NCBI RefSeq assembly: GCF_006345805.1
Contig: NC_043005.1
Span: 104,532,001-104,596,000, forward strand
Direction of reading: 5' to 3'
Length of the DNA: 64,000 nucleotides
Source: Octopus sinensis
Lineage: Eukaryota
Translations under genes and position numbers: made by a program
The notes under the pieces: generated by a model
Seen by the model: only the letters and a program-made list of their open reading frames with translations
The model's database searches: none
What the model was told of the DNA's origin: nothing
Part shown: one piece after another, positions 1 through 11,130 of the stretch
Layout of the letters: each line of letters opens with the position of its first letter
Numbering within the stretch: position 1 is the first letter of the stretch

Positions 1-879
1 GCATTAACGAAACAATAAATTGGGTTAACATTCTTAATTTTGTAGTATATCTTAAAATAGATTGTGTATAACACACGTGCGCGTACACATCCATCCATCC
101 ATCCATCCATCCATCCATCCATCCATTCGTCCATACACGTTATATGTGTGTAGGGAAGGGCGCTTGTTTGTGTTTGTTTTAGATTCTGTGCGTGTCTGAG
201 TAAGATGCTAGCATGGCCGAGTGGAAGCTCGTTTCGCAGTTATAATTAACAATTTTGATTGCACTGCATCATGGGTATATATTCTTTAAAAATCAATGTA
301 GTAAAAACCTTAGGGTCGACCTTACCTATGTAACTGAAATTGGGTTGACAAAAAGTGCATGGAAACCCGAGGGAATGCTCCTGTAATTCCAAGGGGGGTC
401 AATCACGCTGATTCAGGAAGTGGAGTTCAGTTGAGCGATTAAATGGTATTCAAATCGTTGAAAACAAGGGAGTTTCATTTATTATTGATGAATTTATATG
501 CATTACACTATCTGAATCTAGAAATATTCCTGAATTTAAAATATGTTCATTTATCATGTGTGTGTATGTGCGTGTGTGTGAATTATGTGTGTATGTGTGT
601 GTGTGTGTGTGTGTTGTGTGTGTGTGTCTGTGTGTGACTGAGTGAAGATATGCATGCCCTTGTATGTGCATGCACGCACCTTCCTACGCATCGTATGGGC
701 TTGAATGTATAGGTTTGAAAAACCCCTTGCATTCTCTCTCGGTAGCTGGTATGCTGGGTCACTTGCTTAAGGACATCCCAAAGCCTATCAATTTTTGCCA
801 GGACTCGAAGAAGCAGTTTTTCAATATTTCTTCCTTTTATTTATTTATTTATTTATTTATTTAATTATTTATTTGGTGG

Positions 880-965
880 AAGCAGGTAGGATTTGGACTC
901 AGAACGAATAGAGCAGAAATATATACCGCAAAGCATCTTGCTTAATCCTCTAACATTTCGGCAAC
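880..965 (-). mobile_element. Degraded fragment of SINE family B head
   Basis: ATTTGGACTCAGAACG...ATACCGCAAAGCAT is the reverse complement of the family-B head seen intact at 35927-36160. Confidence 0.5.
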
Positions 966-1519
966 CCATACCCCTGAACTGTTACTTTATTTATCGATTT
1001 TGAAAGCAAGAACGGCAAAGATTTGCGAGAATTGAATTCAGAGAGCAGTGTAGCGCAACAAAACACTATATCCAATGTTTTGCACACGCGCTCACGCATT
1101 TATGTGTGTGTGTGTGTGTGTATGTACCTATTCATGTTAGTACGTGCCTACAATTCTATAAATGTATAAACGCACACATATACACAAACCCACGCGCGCG
1201 TATGCATGTATGTTTGTATTCATGCACGCTTGTATATATGTATGTATGCGCTCAAATGCGGTGACTATTTCGTATTATCGATAGCCAGTAGCCAATACTG
1301 AAATATATCACAATAAATTGTAAGCTACTTACGTCATTCTTTTGTGAAACATGTGTCACGGGATTTGTAATGTCTCCAATATTCGAGGTTGCGAAACTTA
1401 TGTAAAAGTTTCTATTGACGACAAAGAAAGACACATAAAATAAGGATATCCGAAAAATCAGAAAGAAATTATTTTGAAGTAGAATAAATGAACTCGTCTT
1501 TTAAGAACCATCTTTCCTC

Positions 1520-1556
1520 TCTTTCACACACACACATACACACACACACCACACAC

Positions 1557-1610
<54 letters not shown>

Positions 1611-1656
1611 TGTCCGCAGATGTGAGTGAATCAATCTATATCTATATCTATATCTA

Positions 1657-1717
<61 letters not shown>

Positions 1718-1747
1718 GTCTATCTATCTATCTGTCTATCTATCTAT

Positions 1748-1807
<60 letters not shown>

Positions 1808-1832
1808 CTCTTTATATATATATATATATATA
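1520..1832. repeat. Compound microsatellite (CA)n(TA)n(TATC)n(TC)n(TA)n
   Basis: Directly visible; representative of dozens of such arrays across the window. Confidence 0.95.
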
Positions 1833-2321
1833 GGCTCACATATTGTATATTCGAAACTGCATTTATGTGTATGACTTTGTAAATATAATACGTATTGTGT
1901 GCGTATGTGTGTGTCCATAAATATATATAGCTAATCATATTAAAATAAATATATAGCTAAATAATCATAAAATCAAATGAAACGTATCCCCGCTCTCTAA
2001 ACACCAATCCATATTTGTCTGTCTCTTCCTCTACCAAAACGTTGCATCACTTACGATAAGGGGGAGAAAGTTTCAACGGTAAATGTTTTCCACCATTTTA
2101 TTTTACCTAATTAACGCGCGTAGACCGTCATCCTCACGCTGTACAATTTAGCATTTCCTTTGATTCCTAATGTATCCTCCTCGGCTTCCCGAAGAACATC
2201 AGAAACATGAATATGTAAAGAGAAGTGACAAAAAATAGATATATGTAAAATAAATATATAAATAAAGGTTAAATGATATATAAATTTTTGTGTGTTTGTG
2301 TAGAGGTGTTGGGTAAAGTGC

Positions 2322-2410
<89 letters not shown>

Positions 2411-2415
2411 CTCTC

Positions 2416-2475
<60 letters not shown>

Positions 2476-2599
2476 AAATGCTTAGATATCATTCAATAAC
2501 TCTTTCCCCTTTTTCTTCACTCACTATGTACATATACATAAACATACAAACACACGCGCACACACATACACACATACATTTATATATGTAACTACATAC

Positions 2600-2679
<80 letters not shown>

Positions 2680-2977
2680 ATGTATGCATACACTCACACA
2701 CACATACGTATCTATAAGTATAAATACATAAATGCATTTCTTTATGTATATATAGGTATGGATGCGTGTGTGCTGTGTATGCCTGAATGTGTGTGTTTAT
2801 GTAATCCAACTGAATTAAGAATCCACTGGCTAAAGTTGTATATTCCGGATCTTCGCAACGAAGAAACTAGAGTCAGTGTATTCTATATTCAAGCTTAATA
2901 AATGTGTTTAAATTGCTGCGTAAGGAGTACTGAGTTCTCTGTTCAGGCTGTTGTTTGTAATAAAATGTAATATATGC

Positions 2978-3009
<32 letters not shown>

Positions 3010-3011
3010 CT

Positions 3012-3169
3012 CAGGAGCGGCTGTGTGGTAAGTAGGTTGCTTACTAACCACATGGTTCCAGGTTCTGTTCCACTGCGTGGCACTTTGGTCAAGTGTCCTC
3101 TACTATAATCTCGGCACGACCAAAGTCTTGTGAATGGATTTGGTAGACGGAAACTGAAAGAAGCCCGTC
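3012..3169 (+). mobile_element. SINE family A head (tRNA-like + CORE-like block), separated from its tail by a Penelope-like insertion
   Basis: Colinear with the intact copy at 15443-15600; ends at GAAAGAAGCCCGTC, where intact copies enter their internal microsatellite. Confidence 0.9.
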
Positions 3170-5065
3170 ACCTCAAACTGAGACCCATCATTGCTGGACC
3201 TACTTGTGAGACCCACCGTTTGAGCAACTTCCTCGACATCTTATTCAAACCGTTTCTAAAATATGTGAAAAGCTTCATCAGGGATGACTTAGACATACTT
3301 AACCACCTCCCGAAGACAATAAATGAAGGAACCCTGTTAGTATCATTCGATGTGGTGAATTTGTGCACCAATATCTCACACGATTATGGTATAGAAACGA
3401 TCCCCTTCTGGCTAGAAAAATACCCAGAAGAGATCCCAGGACGCATCAACCACAGATTCATAATTGCAGCACTCAAATTCATCCTACTGAAAAACTATTT
3501 CATGTTTGATACAGTTTACTATTGACAAAAATGTGGAATTGCAATGGGAACCCGAACTGCTTAAAATATATCAATCATCACTACAAAAATATGGCACCTA
3601 ATTTCATTGCTATTTAAAGGGGAATTGGAAGAGGTATTTGGACGATTGCTTTATACTTTGGAAAGACAGCATGGACAAACTCCTCGATTTCAAAATAATG
3701 CTTTACAATATTAATAGCAGCATACAATTCACCATGGAGCACAGCAGTAAACAACTCCTTTTCTTAACATCCTAATTAAAATAATCAATAATCACATCGA
3801 AACAGACATTTTCTATAAACCCACTGATTCTAAACAATAACTATTATTCAACTCATGCCACCCCAAAGACATAAAAAATAATATACCTTATAATCTAGCG
3901 AAAAGAATCTGTACCATAGTTTCGGACACCTATACTCGTGAACGAAGACTCCTTGAACTCAGATCAATACTAATCAAAAGATAATACCCAATATCATTAA
4001 TAAATGATAGCATTAAACGAGCTAAGGAAATAGATATACGAACATTAGGGGAAGTCAACCGAAATACTAAACCAGACTTTAAAATATTCCCATATATCTC
4101 CACACATAACCCTAGAAACAACGAAGCATAACCCTAGAAACAACATTATCATCCAAAATCTATCCATCCTCACAGGAGATAAAATGATGAACAAAATTTT
4201 AGGCTCGCACAAAATTATCAAAAGCAAAATGCAGCCTAAATTATTGGAAAAAATATTAACCAGCGCAAGACTATATCCATTAACAACAAGAACCAAAAGT
4301 GAAAAAATATGGTCGACCTAACTGTGGTACATGCCCCCACCTATTGGAGGGTTCAGAGTTCCGCTTTAAACAAGGTGAAATATTTAAAATTAAATCAAAT
4401 TTTACCTGTGCCTCGGAAATTTTATCTATGCCAGTACATGCTTAGGGTGTGGCAATAATTATATTGGCCAAACAGGAATATTACTCCGTCGAATAACCAC
4501 TCTCTACAAAGAAAAAATCCGCCATCCACAATACAGGCAGATACAGGTCAGTGAACACATAGAAAGGCGTGCTAGGAATCTTAATCCTAATTTCCTAATT
4601 TTCCCCTTCTATCAATGTTCACAGAACAACCTCAGTACAACAAAGAATGAATAAAGAGTCAACTTTCATCAATAAATATCTTCCACAACTCAATATAAAC
4701 ACATAACATAATACAGAACACTACAAAACTTTTAATTAATATCACTAGCCCGCATACATCCCACACACTATTCACATTACAGATCTATATCTACCCTAAT
4801 TGCACCAAATCCAGAACTACTTACCTCCCTTACACATAATCTTTTTCCTCAGTAATCGGTGTACATTCAAAGCTATGATTAGTAATTTTACGAAACCGGT
4901 ATGCCTTTGAATCTCTTTAACAATTCAAAATAATGACTTTTGTTACTTTTATTCCTATTTCAGTTCATCTAATTGTATATATCTATAATTACTTTTCATA
5001 AAAAGCCTTTACTTTTTTTGATTTCCAATGTGCATTTTCGCTTATTTTTCTTCTTACTTTCCCAT
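3170..5065 (+). mobile_element. Penelope-like retroelement (PLE), 5'-truncated and frameshifted: RT + GIY-YIG endonuclease remnant (~3170-4705) and 3' pseudo-LTR
   Basis: LRPIIAG..SFDVVNL..FILLKNYF..GIAMGT; WKRYLDDC at 3626-3649; TDIFYKPTDSKQ.LLFNSCHP; C.RPNCGTCP and IY...C.GCGNNYIGQTG (4420-4477); hammerhead-like motif at 4865-4912. Confidence 0.92.
4865..4912 (+). ncRNA. Minimal type-I hammerhead-like motif, A3-U8 core variant
   Basis: ATGATTA core 4875-4881; stem II GTAA/TTAC; GAAA 4892-4895; palindromic stem III ACCGGT; GUA triplet; distal stem I ATTCAAAG/CTTTGAAT. Confidence 0.6.
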
Positions 5066-5068
5066 ACA

Positions 5069-5104
<36 letters not shown>

Positions 5105-5123
5105 ATCTATATATATATATATC

Positions 5124-5182
<59 letters not shown>

Positions 5183-5240
5183 TGTGTGTGTGTGCGCGTG
5201 TGTGTGTGCGCGTGCATATGTGTGTATGTGTGTGTATGTG

Positions 5241-5443
5241 TGTTTGTGTGTTTGTGTTTGTCCCCCGATCGCTTGACAACCGATATTGATATATTTACGT
5301 CCCCGTAACTTAATAGTTCGGCAAAAGAGACCAATATAATAAGTACTAGGCTTACAAAGAATAAGTCCTGGGGTCGATTCGTTCGACTAAAGATGGTGCT
5401 TCAGCATGGCTGCAGTCAAACGACTGAAACAAATAAAAGAATA
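5241..5443 (+). mobile_element. SINE family A 3' tail (partner of head at 3012-3169)
   Basis: Colinear with tail of 15710-15920; ends GGTGCTTCAGCATGGCTGCAGTCAAACGACTGAAACAAATAAAAGA. Confidence 0.88.
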
Positions 5444-5943
5444 GTATGTGTGTGTATGTGTGTGTATATGTATATAATACATTTTACTGAACTTTCAGTC
5501 TTTTATATGCTAGACCACTGGTGTGAAATCGATGTTAATTTAATTAATATCTAATTTCTCACACTCATTATAAATTTAAATTCAAATTAAAACGTTCTCT
5601 AACCAGCGAAAGCCACTGCAGTAAAGTATTACCTGCAGCATCAGTTTTTCCGGTAATTTAGCGCGACAAAACGAAGACATTTGAAATAGTAACCACGAGT
5701 GTAATGGGTAGAACTGTTTACTAGTCTGACTTTGTGCGGACGTCCTAGTATGCAGTCCTGCAAATTATATTCATCTGGACAGTCGCACCGATGATCTACG
5801 GACATTTATGTAAGTAAAATTACGTAATATGTTAATAGTGAAACATGTATGCGAATAATCCATATTTTTATTGCTTTTTCTTTTGTCTTACTCGATTACG
5901 TTTTGGTTGTTTTGCTAAATTTTTCTTGAGAACATTTCTTAGT

Positions 5944-6056
5944 GGCCCGAGCCTATAGTAGAAGACGCGTGACCAAGGTGCCACGTAGTGGAACCGAACC
6001 CGGAACCATGTGATTGGGAAACAAGCTTCTTACCACAGTTACGCATGCGCCTGTAT
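5944..6056 (-). mobile_element. SINE family A head fragment
   Basis: Reverse complement of the head consensus (CTATAGTAGAAGAC..CCAAGGTGCCACG..GAACCCGGAACCATGTG). Confidence 0.8.
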
Positions 6057-6092
6057 ACACACACACACACACACACACATTTATATAAAAGG

Positions 6093-6135
<43 letters not shown>

Positions 6136-6186
6136 ATGGATATATAGATACAGGTAAGTTTATGTGTGTGTGTGTGGGTGTTTGTA

Positions 6187-6592
6187 TACTCTTTACTCTT
6201 TACTCTTTTACTCTTTTACTTGTTTCAGTCATTTTGACTGCGGCCATGCTGGAGCACCGCCTTTAGTCGAGCAAATCGACCCCGGGACTTATTCTTTGTA
6301 AGCCCAGTACTTATTCTATCGGTCTCTTTTGCCGAACCGCTAAGTGACGGGGACGTAAACACATCAGCAATGCTAGGGGGACAGACACAGACACACAAAT
6401 ACATACATATATATACATATACATATGTACGACAGGCTTCTTTCAGTTTCCGTCTACCAAATCCACTCACAAAGCATTGGTCGGCCCGGGGCTATAGCAG
6501 AAGACACTTGCCCAAGATGCCACGCAGTGGGACTGAACCCGGAACCATGTGGTTGGTTAGCAAGCTACTTACCACACAGCTACTCCTGCGCC
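6187..6592 (-). mobile_element. Full-length SINE family A (head, internal microsatellite, CR1-type tail, (TAAAAGAG)n end)
   Basis: Complete colinear copy; (TACTCTTT)n terminal repeats at 6187-6220. Confidence 0.93.
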
Positions 6593-7810
6593 TTTTTAAA
6601 TTTTTAAATTGAATGAAAGGAAATTTTAAAGGAAATTTTAAAATTGAATGAAAGGAAATTTTATTTTTATTGGTTGTAGAAATCTGATGAATTAGTTTCG
6701 AAGTGAAAATAAAGTTCATTGTAGATGATGGCAGTCAGATTGATAGACAAACATTTCAAAGAAAGGGAGAATACCAGAAGATAAATAACTAGCAAGCGAA
6801 TTCAGGTCAGTAATCGGTCCAACGTAAAAAAGGAACTGGTGTGGTATTTAAGCAGCCTCTTAAGTGAATTAAGTAAACTGAATTCGAGAAAAGTTTTAGT
6901 CTTAAAACGTTGTTAAGGTGTAAGCTGGTTTGTGTTGATGGAATGTACTTGCGTTTGTTAAAGTATTTTTATGAGTGTGTAATAGAAGATTGTGCAGATG
7001 TGTGTTGTTGACAAAAATAGATTTATATTAAAAAGCTACTGAAATTTTTATTTAAAAGTTGCTTCAAAAATATATGAAGTTCGTTACGTATTACTTCAAG
7101 ACAAATGTTAAGATGCTATTTTATATATTATGCAAAAGGAAATTTTTAAATCTATTATGCTAGCCTAAAAAAATGCCTGCTATAAACATAAATATAACTA
7201 GAAGAGTATTTTAAAGAAATTCTTCGTAAGCACCTTCCGTAGGATACTATATATATTTCTCGTTTATGGATAGACGTAAATAAATCTATAACGATATTAT
7301 TTATTTAAATCTAAAGAAAAACAAAATCAAGGAATGCATACAGACATATACATACATATGAGTTGGGTTTTTATTTCCTTCTTCACCCATCCCATGTAAT
7401 CCTGATATTTACTTTTAAATTTGTTTTCTTATCTTTAGACATATTCGTAAGATTTTCCCTACTAATAAGTAAAGATTCTTTGATTACAATTTTTATAACA
7501 AATATAATTTACTACATAAATACTACCTATTAATGAAGTTTGCTTATATAAACTAAAAAGCAATTTTTTTGGCGGAATAAACCGTCAAATGAAACGTGAA
7601 CCCAAGGCCAACTCGAATTTTTCTATAAATTTGATTTTTCTCTCAGTATTAAGTTCCGTCATCTAAATCATCTGGTATCATTCTTTAAAAAAAATAGTTT
7701 CAATTTAACATACACATATCTGCATATATATGTGAACATAACCCACGTGCGGTTTTATTTCTGGTTCTCCTCTCTTCTTTATCTCCTTTCTTCTCTTTCT
7801 TGTCACTCTT

Positions 7811-7937
7811 GGGTCAAGGCATTAATCGGCTCCGCGCTGTAGTAGAAGACACTTGGTCAAGGTGTAGACTAGGGGAACAGGACCTGAAACCAAGAAGTTG
7901 CAAAGTGAGATTTCCAACCACAAAGCCACGCCTGCGC
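7811..7937 (-). mobile_element. Degraded SINE family A head
   Basis: GTAGTAGAAGACACTTGGTCAAGGTG..ACAAAGCCACGCCTGCGC. Confidence 0.6.
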
Positions 7938-8480
7938 TCATATATGTGTATCTATGCACACATACATATGTATATATACCTAAAAATGCATATATCAACA
8001 TATAAACATACGTACATACATAGATACATATTCATACATACATACATACATACATAAATACATAAATACATATATACATATATATATACATATATATATG
8101 TATGTATATGTATATGTATATTGATATATTGATATATTGATAGAAGTATACGCATGGATGAATGGATGTAAATTTTGGCGCGTGTGCATAATCTCGTTTT
8201 TAGTTTTCCAATACTTCCCGCGCACACGACCCCTTTGACCACATCCAAGCGGGTTCCCTCCCCGTTGCGCTTAGCTGCATCGTATAACACACACAGTCAT
8301 AAAGTTTAATAGGATAATTCTGGACCTGCCACTGTCCGGCTCTAAACCGTTACTAAGGGGAGCAGGGTGAGGAAAATGTGAAATAAAACAAACAGCAATA
8401 AAAAGAAACTCAATTAGGATTATGTATATTCATTTGTCCATTAATGCGAATGCATGTATGATTTTGCCTATATATATATA

Positions 8481-8594
<114 letters not shown>

Positions 8595-8953
8595 GTGTGT
8601 GTGTGTAGACGTTCGCACGCTGTTTTGAGTTTACAAACAAGGGGGGAAACTAACTGAATACAGAAGTAGCGTGTAATCATTAATTATATTGCTGAGTTTA
8701 CTCTCTGTTACTACTCAGAGCTTCGCGTATGTCGACGTGAAAAACCTATTATTTAGAACACAGATGATATGTGTGCGTGCTCATTGAGATGGAAAAATAC
8801 AGTATAAAGCAGAAATAGAAAAGAAAAAAAGGATAACGAAGGAGAGGAAAATAATAATGCTTGTATATATAAAATATTATGTGTGTGTGTGTGTGTATGC
8901 GTGTGTTTGTGTGTGTGTGTGTGTCCGTAATACATATGCGCACACACAGACAC

Positions 8954-8987
<34 letters not shown>

Positions 8988-9259
8988 GCATACGCTTATG
9001 CACACATACAGATGTCTTGTACACACACAAGCACACAAAGAAAGTAGGCATATGCCGTCATTTTGCTTTCATCAGCATTTATTTGCTTGTACATTATGTA
9101 TTTGTTTATGTGTCTAGACATACACACATACTTATATATGCTTGTGAATATATACATAAGTATGTATGTGTGTTTATGTTTATATATTTAATATGTAGTG
9201 TGTATATATATATATTACGTAGGTGTGATTGTATGTATATATGATTTATATGATATATA

Positions 9260-9337
<78 letters not shown>

Positions 9338-9346
9338 GTGTGTGTG

Positions 9347-9379
<33 letters not shown>

Positions 9380-9992
9380 TGTGCGTGTATGTGTTATAAG
9401 CAAATTGGATGATTTATTCTAGACTAGCAGACTTCACTTGTGACGGCCATAATGCTATATTTTTTTATATGTCTGTGTGTCGTCCAGCTTGTTCCTTTGT
9501 AGATTTGTATCCCTGAAATTTTATCACTATATCTGTCTACTTGGCTACGTGTTACAATATATACAAAAGTACCCATATATGTACATATGCGTATAACATT
9601 TCGCACGTTCATACACGTACGAATACTCACATGCATATATATATATATATGCATATACAGATATGTGTGCATAGATATATGTCTGAATATATATACACTC
9701 ACATCTAGAGGCATCAGTATAAAGATAGATAAATACATGAGCGTCGCCCATGCGCACAAACACACACACATTGAAACGTACACATATATACCAGCACATA
9801 CGTCTGGATATCCTTATGAAGAAGAAATGACAAAGATACAATGGATAAAATGAACGAATAAGTATAAATATAATTGCATATATTACAAAATATATACCTT
9901 ATAAGAGATAATAATGTGCAGCATCCATCGCATAATGTATTTTAAATCTGCAGACGTTGCGAAGGGACACAAGGGCTGAAAGTTTCGGTCAT

Positions 9993-10200
9993 GGCGACGA
10001 ACTACAGAACCGTTAGCATGCTAGGCCAAATACTTAGCGGTATTTCGTCTGTGTTTAAGTCCTAAGTTCAGATTCCGCGAGGTCGACTTTGCCTTTCATC
10101 CTTTTGCGCTCGATAAAATAAGTACCAGTTGAGCACTGCGGTCGATGTAATTGGCTTACCTCTCTCTGAAATTTCTGGTCCTGTGCCAAAATTTTGAATT
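9993..10200 (+). mobile_element. SINE family B
   Basis: GAGGTCGACTTTGCCTTTCATCC..CGATAAAATAAGTACCAG central block; CCTGTGCCAAAATTT tail. Confidence 0.85.
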
Positions 10201-10439
10201 AACATTATGTATATATCTGTAAATATGAAATATAACATAATCAAAAGAAAAAAAGAAAAAGGAAAAAGAATGAAGGAAATATATTATGATAAACCATGAT
10301 AAGACAACCAAAGAAAATTATAAAAAATTGTCTAATGAAATTTATGCAAATTATCCGATATGTATGTGGATACGTAAATTTTCATATGGAACTTTTGCGT
10401 GGACTACCGTTGAAAAATGTGTGCATTTATTCACATAAG

Positions 10440-11130
10440 AATCACACCTGAAGAATTTCTGGAATGTCTTACAAATCTTCACCGTGCCACTAATAGATTG
10501 GATTTGAAGAATTCGCATCAGTTTCATTTGCACTTTTTCTGTGAAACCAGGTGTTTCTGAGATTTTTATGAAAATTTGTTGGTACATCCCCTAATGCACC
10601 TAAAATGATAAGTACAAAAGATAATTCATAGTCAGGGTACAAAAGCTGTAAGTTTCGCATTAATTTGCCATAGATGTTTTCTTTTTTTCCTGGACTTTGA
10701 TTGTACATTCACATCTGCCGGGCAGCAGACCTCTACAACAGCTCATGGCGTTTGTTCCCTGTCCCGTAGATCAATATCAGGTATGTTATGTTTGCACCAA
10801 ATCGCTGTTTTTATGGAGTGTTCCACCGGTATTCCTTGTATTTAAGGTTGGGAATACCTGCTGTTTCTGACATGTCTTTGATATATATTTCAGGACAGTC
10901 CTTTCTGCGGATAGTATCGTAAATAGTTTCTGAAATTATATCATGCCTCTGGGGGTAGGTAGTATCTCGTAAACGTTCAGGGGCAGCTGCTGCTGATGCG
11001 TGTGATATCTTCCACACTGGTATAGCAGAGCCGACCTTTTTTTTATCTCGTGGTATTTTTGTCCCTTTTGTTTATTAGGTATTCCTGTTCCTGGATAACT
11101 AGGCATATCCTTCTTGGTAGAATGTAATGT
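10440..11130 (-). mobile_element. R4/Dong-type (RLE) non-LTR retrotransposon, C-terminal remnant
   Basis: Across frames: EGYA.VIQEQE; EDITRISSSCP..RYYLPQRHD (zinc-knuckle/RH region); IPDIDL.D..VVEVCCPADVN (PD-D-E nuclease); IILGALG; LQIQSISGTVKICKTF. Confidence 0.75.

Noticed and set aside
3130-3169. Start MNGFGRRKLKEAR of the RT-containing ORF
   Set aside because: Derived from the SINE A head and only fortuitously in frame with the truncated PLE RT.
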